This document shows, in pieces, positions 1 to 9,114 of a stretch of DNA of 64,000 bases. Origin of the DNA: Sphingomonas bacterium (GTDB lineage: Bacteria; Pseudomonadota; Alphaproteobacteria; Sphingomonadales; Sphingomonadaceae); NCBI RefSeq assembly GCF_028289855.1, contig NZ_JAQGKZ010000125.1, forward strand, positions 677 to 64,676, written 5' to 3'. Position 1 is the first letter of the stretch, and each line of letters begins with the position of its first letter. A program made the position numbers and the translations under genes. The notes below the pieces were generated by a model, which did not search any database, was not told where the DNA came from, and saw only the letters and a program-made list of their open reading frames with translations.

Positions 1-1
1 G

Positions 2-469
2 CTCAACCAGCTCGGTCACGACAATGGCATCGGCCGGCTCGATCTGGTCGAGAACCGCTTCGTCGGCATGAAGTCGCGCGGGGTCTACGAGACGCCGGGC
101 GGGACGATCCTACTCGCCGCGCACCGCGGCATCGAATCGATCACGCTCGACCGCGGCGCGATGCATCTCAAGGACGAGATCATGCCGCGCTACGCCAGCC
201 TGATCTACAACGGCTTCTGGTTCTCGCCCGAGCGCGAGATGCTCCAGGCCGCGATCGACCATAGCCAGGAAAAGGTCGCGGGCACCGTCCGGCTCAAGCT
301 CTACAAGGGCGGGGTGTATGTGGTCGGGCGCAAGTCGCCGAACTCGCTGTACAGCGAGAAGGTCGTGACGTTCGAGGACGACCAGGGCGCGTACGACCAG
401 CGCGACGCGGCGGGGTTCATCAAGCTCAATGCGCTGCGGTTGCGGTTGCTGGGTCGGCGCGACCGCTGA
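2..469 (+). CDS. argG: argininosuccinate synthase, C-terminal part (5' end lies outside the window)
   Basis: The frame is open from nt 2. The translation ...[28 protein letters not shown]...[20 protein letters not shown] matches the conserved ArgG C-terminal domain. Confidence 0.93.
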   Translation, partial: LNQLGHDNGIGRLDLVENRFVGMKSRGVYETPGGTILLAAHRGIESITLDRGAMHLKDEIMPRYASLIYNGFWFSPEREMLQAAIDHSQEKVAGTVRLKLYKGGVYVVGRKSPNSLYSEKVVTFEDDQGAYDQRDAAGFIKLNALRLRLLGRRDR

Positions 470-548
470 ACTCGGTCAAAGAGTTCTTTCCCTCCAACAC
501 GCAATGGCATAGTTTTAGTTCACTGCGATTCTCAAAAGGGGAGTAATC

Positions 549-1724
549 GTGCGGCTATTGCTATCCATTTTGGCAACAATACTGTTCGGCGCCGCGTCCG
601 CGTCCGCGCATCCCGCTCCATGCGAGAATTCGCAGCAGCAATCCTATGAGCAGCTGGACGCCTGGCTTCACGGCATGGCGAAATCCCCGGGAGCATATTC
701 GCTCGACCGACGCTTGTGCGTGGCGGAAATCGTCGGCCAAGCGCTCGGTGGTTATCCCGCTCCACTGGAACGGTTGACGCTTGATCGCGCTGATCCGGCG
801 GTGCTCGCGCTGCTGGCCGGGTTGGACGGAAAGGGCGCCATCGATGCGGCCCTGAACGACAACAAGATTTACCAGGCGATGGCGGATCGGTTGGAGGCGC
901 AATGTACGCCGGCGATACGAGCCCTGGGGCCGCGCGACTTGTTGCCGGAACAGGCCGCGAAGTGCGTGTTGCTGCGACTGCCGGGGACCCCATATGGCTT
1001 GGGCGTTTGGACCGCACGGGAGGAAGGTGGCGGGCACTATGCCACCATATCCAACGATAGCGGCGCTGGCGGGTGGACGTACGGCAAATATCAGTTGGCG
1101 TCGGAAGCGGGCGGGATGGAATCCTTTCTCGCGTCGTTCAATTGCCCGATCGTTGCGACAACATGCCTCAATCGCGCTTACCGGCCGGTTGGCCTGGCGC
1201 TCGGCGCGGCCGGCGGCCTTGCCGGCGCGAAGCAGAACAGCCCGCTATTCAATGACGCGTGGACCAAATTATCGCTTAATAGCCGTCTGATGCAGCAGGC
1301 ACAGGAGGGTTATCATGTGCTGTTGGTCTGGAATCCGATGCGCGACCTTTTTCGGACCGACTTTGCGATCGATCTCGATCACATGAGCTGCGGCTTTCGT
1401 GAAGCGGTGTTCTCAATCTTCACCCAACACAAACTTCAGAGCACCAAGGCGATGTTCTCGGCAACCATCGCATCAGTAGGGAGTGGCGATCAGCAGGCTA
1501 TCATTCGCGGCGTAAACGACTGGCGCTTGGCGCGCCTTGGACAGAAGGTGGACGGCACGGGATTCTATCTCAAATACGGCGCCATCTGCTCGGCGGCGGC
1601 GTCCCCGACCGCGGGTACGACAAGGAAATTCGCCTGCGAATATATCGACGGCGTGCGGACGCGTTGGGAGAAGGAGCGAGCTGAGCTTCCCAAGCTCGAT
1701 AAAGAAGATTGCCCGCCATTGTAG
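549..1724 (+). CDS. hypothetical secreted Cys-rich protein (possible lysozyme-like/transglycosylase-like fold)
   Basis: GTG start with a GGGGAG SD 6 nt upstream. Signal peptide MRLLLSILATILFGAASASA. 11 Cys. Motif EEGGGHYATISNDSGAGGWTYGKYQL. Lower GC than the neighbouring genes. Confidence 0.6.
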   Translation: MRLLLSILATILFGAASASAHPAPCENSQQQSYEQLDAWLHGMAKSPGAYSLDRRLCVAEIVGQALGGYPAPLERLTLDRADPAVLALLAGLDGKGAIDAALNDNKIYQAMADRLEAQCTPAIRALGPRDLLPEQAAKCVLLRLPGTPYGLGVWTAREEGGGHYATISNDSGAGGWTYGKYQLASEAGGMESFLASFNCPIVATTCLNRAYRPVGLALGAAGGLAGAKQNSPLFNDAWTKLSLNSRLMQQAQEGYHVLLVWNPMRDLFRTDFAIDLDHMSCGFREAVFSIFTQHKLQSTKAMFSATIASVGSGDQQAIIRGVNDWRLARLGQKVDGTGFYLKYGAICSAAASPTAGTTRKFACEYIDGVRTRWEKERAELPKLDKEDCPPL

Positions 1725-1786
1725 CGGATCGCCGCCGACCAATTGGTCTAACCCCGCTTTAACTCGCCGCGCGGTAAACGTGTGCG

Positions 1787-3490
1787 ATGGAACGGACCGA
1801 TCGCTCGGCGTGGATCGACGCGCTGGTGGCGGCGCTGGTGGCGGCGACGCTGACCGCGGCGTGGGCGGCGCGTGACTGGGGCAATCTGTCCGCGCTGCGG
1901 CTGCCCGATGCCGACGACATGATGCGGCTGCAGCAGATCCGCGACTGGCTCGGCGGGCAAGCGTTCGCCGACCTCACGCAATATCGTTTGGGCGCCGATG
2001 GCGTCGCGATGCACTGGTCGCGGCTCGCCGATCTGGTGCCCGCCGCGATCATCCGGATGCTCGAAGGCGCGATCGGGCGGCATTCGGCGGAAATCGTTGC
2101 CGTGATCGCGTGGCCGGCGATGCTGCTCGCCGCGGCGATCGCGCTGACCGGGCGGATCGCGCGGACGGTGGGCGGCGCCGCTATCGCGCGCCCGGCGATG
2201 CTGGTCGCGGCGATCGCCTATCCCGCCAGCACCCTGTTCGTGCCGGGGCGGATCGATCACCACAATCTTCAGCTCGTGCTTGCGCTCGTCGCCACCTTGA
2301 TGCTGGTGCGGCCGGGATCGATGATGGCGGGGCTGATCGCTGGGGTCGCAACCAGCCTGAGCGTCGTCGTGGGCATGGAAACCACGCCGCTGCTCGGGGT
2401 GATCGGGCTGGTGATCGCGATCGATTGGGTGATCGGCGGGCGGCCGGCGCGCGACCGGCTGATGGGGTTCGGCATCGCGCTGTGCGCTGCGACGCTGGCG
2501 GCGAGTATCGTGTTCCGCACCAACGCGTGGGACTATGCCGCGTGCGACGGCTTCACCGCGATTTCGGCGCGCGCGCTGATGGTCGCATCGTTCGCGCCGA
2601 TCGGACTGGCGCTGGCGGGTTGGGATTCGTCGGCGCGGGTTAGGCTGGCACTGGGGGTGTCGGCCTCGTTGGCGCTCGGCGCGACGCTGGCGCTGAGCAC
2701 GCCGCAATGCTTGTCGCCGTACGGCGCGGTCGATCCGCTGCTCCAGTCGCTGTGGCTGACGCGCGTGGGCGAAGCGCAGCCGCTGTTCGCCGCGCCACTA
2801 GCGGTGGCGATCGGGTATGCCGGGCTGACGCTGGCGGGAATCGCCGCGGGAGCGTGGCAAGCCTGGCGGACGCGGTCGCGCGGCTGGATCGTGCTGCTCG
2901 CGTTGCAACTGGCCGCGCTGGCGGTGGCGGTGATGCAGGTGCGCGGCGCCTATGCCGGCGCGATCTTCGCCGCGCCCGCGCTGGCGGCGCTGATCGTCGC
3001 GGCGCGGCGCGCGGGCGCGTTGCCGTTGGCGGCTGCTTGGCTGGCGTCGGCCGGGATGCTCTATCCGCTCGCCGCCGAAGCGATCGTGCCCACCACGCCC
3101 GAAGCCTCCGGAGCAAGCTGTACCGCACCCGATCTGATCGCCGCGCTCGGTGCCTTGCCGGCGGGCCGCGTGATGGCGCCGATCGACACCGGCGGCGCGG
3201 CGATTCCCGCGACCGGGCAGCAGCTCATCGCCGGCGCCTATCACCGCGACGGCGCGGGCGATCTGGCGATGTATGCTTTCTATCGCGGGTCGCCCGACGC
3301 GGCGCGCGGCGTCGCGCAGGAGTGGCGCGTGACCTATGCGGTGGCCTGCGATGGCTTTCCTGGAATCGCCGCGCCTTTCGCCAAGCGGCTCGACGCGGGG
3401 CAAGCGCCGGCTTGGCTGCGGGAGGTCGCGCACGTTCCATCGGGCGGGCGGATTTTCGCGACGGTTGCGGGTCGTCCACCGAAGCCCTAG
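1787..3490 (+). CDS. polytopic inner-membrane protein, possibly a GT-C-type glycosyltransferase
   Basis: 567 aa with many hydrophobic helices. Acidic first-loop motif LPDADDMMRLQQIRDWLGG after TM1. C-terminal soluble domain. Confidence 0.7.
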   Translation: MERTDRSAWIDALVAALVAATLTAAWAARDWGNLSALRLPDADDMMRLQQIRDWLGGQAFADLTQYRLGADGVAMHWSRLADLVPAAIIRMLEGAIGRHSAEIVAVIAWPAMLLAAAIALTGRIARTVGGAAIARPAMLVAAIAYPASTLFVPGRIDHHNLQLVLALVATLMLVRPGSMMAGLIAGVATSLSVVVGMETTPLLGVIGLVIAIDWVIGGRPARDRLMGFGIALCAATLAASIVFRTNAWDYAACDGFTAISARALMVASFAPIGLALAGWDSSARVRLALGVSASLALGATLALSTPQCLSPYGAVDPLLQSLWLTRVGEAQPLFAAPLAVAIGYAGLTLAGIAAGAWQAWRTRSRGWIVLLALQLAALAVAVMQVRGAYAGAIFAAPALAALIVAARRAGALPLAAAWLASAGMLYPLAAEAIVPTTPEASGASCTAPDLIAALGALPAGRVMAPIDTGGAAIPATGQQLIAGAYHRDGAGDLAMYAFYRGSPDAARGVAQEWRVTYAVACDGFPGIAAPFAKRLDAGQAPAWLREVAHVPSGGRIFATVAGRPPKP

Positions 3491-3500
3491 CCATCGCCCG

Positions 3501-5021
3501 ATGCAGGGGGATCAACCGCACTGGTGGCAGCGGCGATGGGTGGCGCTGGCCGCCGTCGCGCTCGCGCTGGTGCCGCTTCTCTACCCCGCAATCCCGCCGC
3601 TGACCGATGTGCCGGGGCATATCGGCGGCTACCGTATCCTCGCCGAAGCCGGGGTCGGCCCGCTGGCGCAGCATTATGCGGTGCACCGGGCGGCGATCGG
3701 CAATCTCGGGGTCGAAGGCTTGGTGCTCGCGCTGCATCCGCTGCTCGATGTCGAGGCCGCGACGCATCTGATCGTCGCGCTGATCCCGGCGTTGGCGGTC
3801 GCGGCGATGCTGTGGTTGGGCCGCGAGGCACATGGGCGCGTGCCGGCAAGCGCGGGCTTCGCGCTGCCGCTGGCCTATGCGCTGCCGTTCCAGCTCGGCT
3901 TCGTCAATTTCACCCTCGCTGCCGCGCTTGCGATGGCGGGGCTGGCGCTGTGGATCCGGCTCGCGCGGACGCGGCCCGATTGGGTGCGGATCGCCGCATT
4001 CGTGCCGATCGCCGGGCTGGTGTGGCTTTGCCATAGCTTCGGCTGGGCGATGCTCGGGCTGTTCGTGCTCGCGGCCGAGTGGGTGATCCGCGGCCGGCGC
4101 GGTGAGGTCGGCTGGCAGCGGATCGCGTTCGCGCTGCTCGCTTGCGCGCCGATGGCATGGCCGCAGCTGCTGGCGATGGCCGGCGGGGTGCCAATGGCGG
4201 GCGATACCGGCGACTGGTTCGACCTCGCCGCCAAGGCGCAATGGGTCGCGTCGCTGCTGCGCGAGCGGTGGAAGATATACGACGTCGCGTGCGTCATCGC
4301 GCTGGCGCTGGTGCTGTGGACCGCGATCCGTTCGCCGCGGATGCGGTTCGATCCCTTGCTCGGGGTGCCGGCGTTGCTCGGGCTGATCGCGTTCCTAGTG
4401 ACGCCACGCCTCTTCGCCGGCGGCGCCTATGTCGACATGCGGATGCTGCCCTATGCGGTCGCGCTGGCGCTGCTCACGATCCGCGCCGACGGCGACATCG
4501 CGCGGCGGCTGGCGCTGCTGAGTGCGGCGTTTTTCGGCTTGCGGATTGCCACCTCGACGATCGCCTTCGCCTTGTTCGCGCAAGGACAGGCGACCGACCT
4601 CGCTGCCGTCGCGCACATCCCGCAAGGCGCGAGCGTCCTGTCGCTGGTGAACGAGCCGTCGACCGCCGACTGGGACAATCCGCGGCTCGGCCATATCGCC
4701 GGGATCGCGGTGGCGCGGGCTCGCGCCTTTACCAACGAGCAATGGGCGATCGGCGGCCAGCAATTGATCGCGCCGCGGCACCCGAGCGCCGCGCCGTTCG
4801 ACCGCGACCCGTCGCAACTCGTCTATCCCAAGGGCGAACCCTATGCGCAGACCGATTTCGACAGCGCGATTGCGGGGTTCGACCGCGGCACGTTCGGCTA
4901 TGTCTGGACCGTCGGCTTTCCGCCCGGCAGCGCGAAAGCGCCCGACCTTACGCTGATCTGGTCGAACGACCGCTCGGCGCTGTACCGCGTGGCCTTGTCG
5001 CCGCCGCGCCCGGCCCGCTAA
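3501..5021 (+). CDS. polytopic membrane protein, paralog A (unknown family)
   Basis: ATG at 3501, 10 nt after the upstream stop. N-terminus MQGDQPHWWQRRWV...VPLLYPAIPPLTDVPGHIGGYR. Shares many identical blocks with the next gene. Confidence 0.72.
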   Translation: MQGDQPHWWQRRWVALAAVALALVPLLYPAIPPLTDVPGHIGGYRILAEAGVGPLAQHYAVHRAAIGNLGVEGLVLALHPLLDVEAATHLIVALIPALAVAAMLWLGREAHGRVPASAGFALPLAYALPFQLGFVNFTLAAALAMAGLALWIRLARTRPDWVRIAAFVPIAGLVWLCHSFGWAMLGLFVLAAEWVIRGRRGEVGWQRIAFALLACAPMAWPQLLAMAGGVPMAGDTGDWFDLAAKAQWVASLLRERWKIYDVACVIALALVLWTAIRSPRMRFDPLLGVPALLGLIAFLVTPRLFAGGAYVDMRMLPYAVALALLTIRADGDIARRLALLSAAFFGLRIATSTIAFALFAQGQATDLAAVAHIPQGASVLSLVNEPSTADWDNPRLGHIAGIAVARARAFTNEQWAIGGQQLIAPRHPSAAPFDRDPSQLVYPKGEPYAQTDFDSAIAGFDRGTFGYVWTVGFPPGSAKAPDLTLIWSNDRSALYRVALSPPRPAR

Positions 5022-5029
5022 GGACGCCA

Positions 5030-6757
5030 ATGATGGCAAACCCGCGCGGTGACCTCGAATGGTGGCAGACACGCCGGTTCGTCGTGGCGATGGCGTTGCT
5101 CGCGATGGTGCCGTTGCTGTGGCCCGACATCCCGCCATTGGTCGATCTGCCCGGGCATATGGGGCGCTACCGCGTCCAGCTCGACCTCCACACCTATCCG
5201 TGGCTGACTGACTGGTACAACTTCCAGTGGCAGCTGATCGGCAATCTGGGGATCGACATCCTCGTCCAGATCTTTGCGCCGTTCCTGGGGCTGGAGCTCA
5301 CCGTCAAGTTGATTGTCATGACGATCCCGGCGCTGATCGTGATCGGTTTGCTGTGGATCGCGCGCGAGGTTCACGGCAAAATTCCCGCGACCGCGCTCTT
5401 CGCGCTGCCGCTCGCTTACTGCTTCCCGCTGCAGTTCGGGTTCGTCAATTTCATGCTGTCGATGGCGCTCGCGCTGCCGATGTTCGCGCTGTGGCTGCGG
5501 ATGGGGCGGCTCGGCAAGATCCGTCAGCGCGCGATCCTGTTCGTGCCGCTGTCGTGCGCGTTATGGGTCTGTCACACGTTCGGCTGGGGCGTGCTCGGCG
5601 TGCTCGCGTTTTCGGCGGAGATGGTCCGCGAGCACGACCGCGCCAAGCAGACCAGCGAGCACCGCTTCAACCCGGTCACCGCCGACGGTATCAAGCGCTG
5701 GGCGGCGGCATGGGTGCGCGGGGCGCTGCAGTGTCTGCCGCTGGCGTTGCCGATGTTGATGATGATCGCGTGGCGCAGCGGCCAGCACGTCACCGGCGAA
5801 ACCGCCGATTTCTTCAACTGGCGCGCCAAATTTGCCTGGATGACGATGATTTTGCGCGACCGCTGGCTCGCTTTCGACATCGGATCGACCGCGCTGATCG
5901 CGCTGATCCTCTACAAGACCTTCCGCGACCGCAACATCGAATATTCGCGCAATCTCGGTCTATCGACGCTGTTCCTGATCGCGATGTTCGTGTTCCTGCC
6001 GCGGATCGTGTTCGGGTCGGCCTATGCCGATATGCGCCTCGCGCCGTTCATGGTCGCGATCGCGCTGATTTCGGTGCGCCCGCGGCCGCTGCCCGGCGAT
6101 ACCAGCGAACTCGCGCTCAAGCATCCGGGGGTTGGCGAGGACCAACTCCAGCATGTGCTCGCGACGCGGCGACGCCGGACGATGGCGCGGTTCGCCGCAT
6201 TGGGGCTTGCGTTCGTGCTCGTGCGCACGACGGGCACGACGATCAGCTACGTGCTGTTCGATCAGCGCTACGACCGCGAATTGAAGGCGCTCGACCATGT
6301 GCCGATCGGCGCACGGCTGATCAGCTTCGTCGGGCAGAATTGCGTGTCCGACTGGAAGATGACGCGGCTCGAACACATGCCCGCGCTCGCGCTCGAACGG
6401 CGCATGGCCTATACCAACGATCAATGGTCGATGGCCGGCGCGCAATTGCTGACGACCAAATACACCCCCGCCAATCCGTTCGCGCACGACCCGTCGCAGA
6501 TCACGACCCTGACGCAATGCCCGCGCGAATATTGGCGCCCGATCGACCGCAGCCTGGCCAAATTTCCGCGCGCCGCGTTCGACTATGTCTGGCTGATCAG
6601 CCCGCCGCCCTACGACCTCAAATATGCGCAGGACCTGACGCCGATCTGGCGCGACGGAACCAGCGTGTTGTTCAAGGTCAACCATGTAGACGTCGCGCCG
6701 GTGACGAAAAGGGGCGATTTCCCACTGCCGCCGCGCGGCGACAAGCCGTTCTACTGA
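5030..6757 (+). CDS. polytopic membrane protein, paralog B (unknown family)
   Basis: ATG at 5030, 8 nt after the upstream stop. N-terminus MMANPRGDLEWWQTRRFV...VPLLWPDIPPLVDLPGHMGRYR. The track's 871-aa ORF upstream of 5030 is an out-of-frame overlap with paralog A. Confidence 0.75.
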   Translation: MMANPRGDLEWWQTRRFVVAMALLAMVPLLWPDIPPLVDLPGHMGRYRVQLDLHTYPWLTDWYNFQWQLIGNLGIDILVQIFAPFLGLELTVKLIVMTIPALIVIGLLWIAREVHGKIPATALFALPLAYCFPLQFGFVNFMLSMALALPMFALWLRMGRLGKIRQRAILFVPLSCALWVCHTFGWGVLGVLAFSAEMVREHDRAKQTSEHRFNPVTADGIKRWAAAWVRGALQCLPLALPMLMMIAWRSGQHVTGETADFFNWRAKFAWMTMILRDRWLAFDIGSTALIALILYKTFRDRNIEYSRNLGLSTLFLIAMFVFLPRIVFGSAYADMRLAPFMVAIALISVRPRPLPGDTSELALKHPGVGEDQLQHVLATRRRRTMARFAALGLAFVLVRTTGTTISYVLFDQRYDRELKALDHVPIGARLISFVGQNCVSDWKMTRLEHMPALALERRMAYTNDQWSMAGAQLLTTKYTPANPFAHDPSQITTLTQCPREYWRPIDRSLAKFPRAAFDYVWLISPPPYDLKYAQDLTPIWRDGTSVLFKVNHVDVAPVTKRGDFPLPPRGDKPFY

Positions 6758-7890
6758 CCGCGTTTGAACGGGGTCAGCGCGGTCAGATAGTCCTGATCGC
6801 TTTCGACGCCGAGTGCTTCGCGGGCGAGGAAATCTGCGATGGCGCGGCGGAAATTGCGGTCGGGAATGTAGTGCGCGGAGAATGTCGGCACCGGGACATA
6901 GCCGCGCGCCAGCTTGTGCTCGCCCTGCGCGCCGGCTTCGACCGTCGACAGCGCGCGCGCGATCGCGGCGTCGATCGCCTGATAGTAGCATAGCTCGAAA
7001 TGGAGGAACGGCACCTCCTCGGTGCAGCCCCAATAGCGGCCGTATAAGGTGTCGGCGCCGATCAGGTTGAGCGCCCCAGCAATCGGGCGCCCGTCACGTT
7101 CGGCGAGGATCAGCAACGTCCGGTCGGCCATCGCCCCGCCGAGTAGCGAAAAGAACTCGCGCGTCAGATAGGGATGCCCCCATTTCCGGCTGCCGGTATC
7201 CTGATAGAACACCCAGAACGCGTCCCACTGCGCCTCGGTCAGCTCGCTCCCGGTCAGATGCCGGATCGTCAGGCCTTCGACCGCTTTCGCCCGCTCGTGG
7301 CGGATCGCCTTGCGCTTGCGGCTCGACAGCGCCGCGAGGAAGTCGTCGAAGCGCGCATAACCGTCATTGTGCCAATGGAATTGCGTGCCGGTGCGGATCA
7401 GCCAGCCCGCCGCCTCGAACAGCGGCACTTGCTCTGGCGCGACGAAGGTGGCGTGCGCCGACGACAGGCCGTTCTGGTCGGTCACCGCCTCCAGCGCGCC
7501 GATCAGCACGGGCGCGTGACTGTCGTCGCGCAGCAGCAAGCGCGGTCCGGGGGCCGGGGTAAACGGTGCGGCGATTTGAAGCTTGGGGTAGTAATTCCCG
7601 CCCCCGCGCTCCCATGCATCGGCCCAGGCATGGTCGAAGACATATTCGCCCTGGCTGTGGCTCTTGGCATAGGCCGGGGCGACCGCGCCGGGGCGCCCGT
7701 CGGCGCCATCGACGATTACCGGCAACGGCTGCCATCCTGTGCCCGGCCCGACGCTGCCCGATTGTTCGAGGATCGACAGGAAAGCGTGGCCGACGAACGG
7801 ATTGGCATCGCCCGCGCAGGCGTCCCAATCGGCGGCGAGGATCGCAGAAACGCCATCGGCGATTCGCGCGGTGACGGGGTCGCGGCTCAC
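6751..7890 (-). CDS. GNAT/FemAB-like N-acetyltransferase (DUF482-type)
   Basis: ILAADWDACAGDANPFVGHAFLSILEQSGSV...YYQAIDAAI is typical of the COG3146 family. The track start at 7947 runs through a repeat element, so I prefer the GTG at 7890. The start is uncertain. Confidence 0.8.
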   Translation of the reverse strand: MSRDPVTARIADGVSAILAADWDACAGDANPFVGHAFLSILEQSGSVGPGTGWQPLPVIVDGADGRPGAVAPAYAKSHSQGEYVFDHAWADAWERGGGNYYPKLQIAAPFTPAPGPRLLLRDDSHAPVLIGALEAVTDQNGLSSAHATFVAPEQVPLFEAAGWLIRTGTQFHWHNDGYARFDDFLAALSSRKRKAIRHERAKAVEGLTIRHLTGSELTEAQWDAFWVFYQDTGSRKWGHPYLTREFFSLLGGAMADRTLLILAERDGRPIAGALNLIGADTLYGRYWGCTEEVPFLHFELCYYQAIDAAIARALSTVEAGAQGEHKLARGYVPVPTFSAHYIPDRNFRRAIADFLAREALGVESDQDYLTALTPFKRGQ

Positions 7891-7903
7891 CGGCCACACC
7901 CTT

Positions 7904-8001
7904 CCGTCACCCCGGACTTGTTCCGTGGTCCACCGTGCCGCGAACACTGCATGGGTTGAATATGCGGGCCGGTGGATGCCGGAACAAGTCCGGCATGACG
8001 G
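7904..8001. repeat. MITE-like intergenic element with ~22-bp terminal inverted repeats, copy 1
   Basis: Left end CCGTCACCCCGGACTTGTTCCG. Right end CCGGAACAAGTCCGGCATGACGG, its reverse complement. A second copy lies at 27615-27707. Confidence 0.6.
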
Positions 8002-8011
8002 TTTTGGAAGA

Positions 8012-8479
8012 TTAAGCGCCTAGCTTTACAATAGCATCCACTTCGACCGCCGCCCCGCGCGGCAATGCCGCGACGCCAACCGCGCTCCTCGCGTGCTTGC
8101 CGGCGTCGCCGAACAAGGCTTCCATCAGGTTCGACGCGCCGTTGGCGACCTCCGGCTGGTCGGTGAAGTCGGGAGTCGAGTTGACGAACACGCCGAGCTT
8201 GACGATCCGCTCGACACGGGCAAGGTCGCCGCCCAGCGCCGCCTTGATCTGCGCGACCAGCATCAGCCCGCACAATTCGGCGGCCTCCTGTCCGGCGACC
8301 TTGTCGACATCGTCGCCCAGCCGGCCGGTCACGACCTTGCCGTCCTTGAACGGCAATTGCCCCGAAATGTGCAGCATCCCGCCGGCATCGACCGTCGGGA
8401 CGTACGATGCGACCGGCGCGGCGGCGGTCGGCAGGCTCAGGCCCATTTCCTCGAGCCGGCGGTCGATACGGTCGGTCAT
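8012..8479 (-). CDS. RidA family protein (YjgF/endoribonuclease L-PSP fold)
   Basis: 155 aa with LHISGQLPF...ARSAVGVAALPRGAAVEVDAIV, the characteristic RidA C-terminus. Confidence 0.9.
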   Translation of the reverse strand: MTDRIDRRLEEMGLSLPTAAAPVASYVPTVDAGGMLHISGQLPFKDGKVVTGRLGDDVDKVAGQEAAELCGLMLVAQIKAALGGDLARVERIVKLGVFVNSTPDFTDQPEVANGASNLMEALFGDAGKHARSAVGVAALPRGAAVEVDAIVKLGA

Positions 8480-9114
8480 GCGGCTATTCCCTTTGTTGTC
8501 GCGGGCAGGTTATCGGCGAAGCGCTGGCTGATCCAGGCTTGCGCCCCTTCCCAATCGTCTATTCTGGCGTGCGCGAACGGCGCGGGCGGCAGGTTGGGCG
8601 CCATTGCCGGTTCGGCGACGAGGTGGAGCCGGTGCACTGCGGGCGCATGCTTGGCAACCGATTCGTGATGCACGGGCAAATCGTCGACGAACACCGTGAC
8701 CGGATTGCCATAGTCGGCGACCAGGGCCGCGACAGGTCCGCCCTTGCCGCCGCGATTGGTCTCGACGCGGTGGCGGATGCCGTGCGCGGCGAGTTGCGCG
8801 ATGCGATGATCGCGGCAATGATCGCCCAGATTGGTGAGAATGACGATGTCGGCCGCCTCGCCAAGCGCGGCAAGCGCCTCGGCCGCGCCGGGCACCAAGG
8901 TCTGGCGTTCCATCTCGGCGGGGAAGAATTCGTCGAGCATGCCCCAGATCCGTTCGTGCTCGACCGCACTGCCGTCGGCATGCGTCATTGCGACGAAGCT
9001 GCCCGATTCGTGCGCGAAGGCGATGTCGTGGCGCTCGCGCAGCCAGGTGCCGAAGTGCCGCACCATGTGTAGCAGCACTTCGTCGCAATCGCAGATCAGC
9101 AGCGGGCGCGTCAT
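8476..9114 (-). CDS. HAD family hydrolase
   Basis: N-terminal DxD motif LLICDCDEVLL. 4-nt overlaps with both neighbouring genes. Confidence 0.75.
   Translation of the reverse strand: MTRPLLICDCDEVLLHMVRHFGTWLRERHDIAFAHESGSFVAMTHADGSAVEHERIWGMLDEFFPAEMERQTLVPGAAEALAALGEAADIVILTNLGDHCRDHRIAQLAAHGIRHRVETNRGGKGGPVAALVADYGNPVTVFVDDLPVHHESVAKHAPAVHRLHLVAEPAMAPNLPPAPFAHARIDDWEGAQAWISQRFADNLPATTKGIAA

Noticed and set aside
1748-2707. 319-aa minus-strand ORF antisense to the membrane protein gene. Similar long shadow ORFs include 3225-4241(-), 28762-30822(-), 42616-44310(-), 38971-40773(+), 57369-59345(+), 57382-59343(-) and 15858-17639(+).
   Set aside because: The translations are dominated by Arg, Pro, Ala and Gly runs with no recognisable motifs. 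They lie opposite to or out of frame with genes that have clear family signatures. This is the usual stop-codon-poor artefact of high-GC DNA.
4142-5029. The upstream 296 codons of the 871-aa track ORF 4142-6757, which would make one giant protein.
   Set aside because: That part is Arg-rich nonsense overlapping the well-supported paralog A in another frame. The paralog alignment begins exactly at the ATG at 5030.
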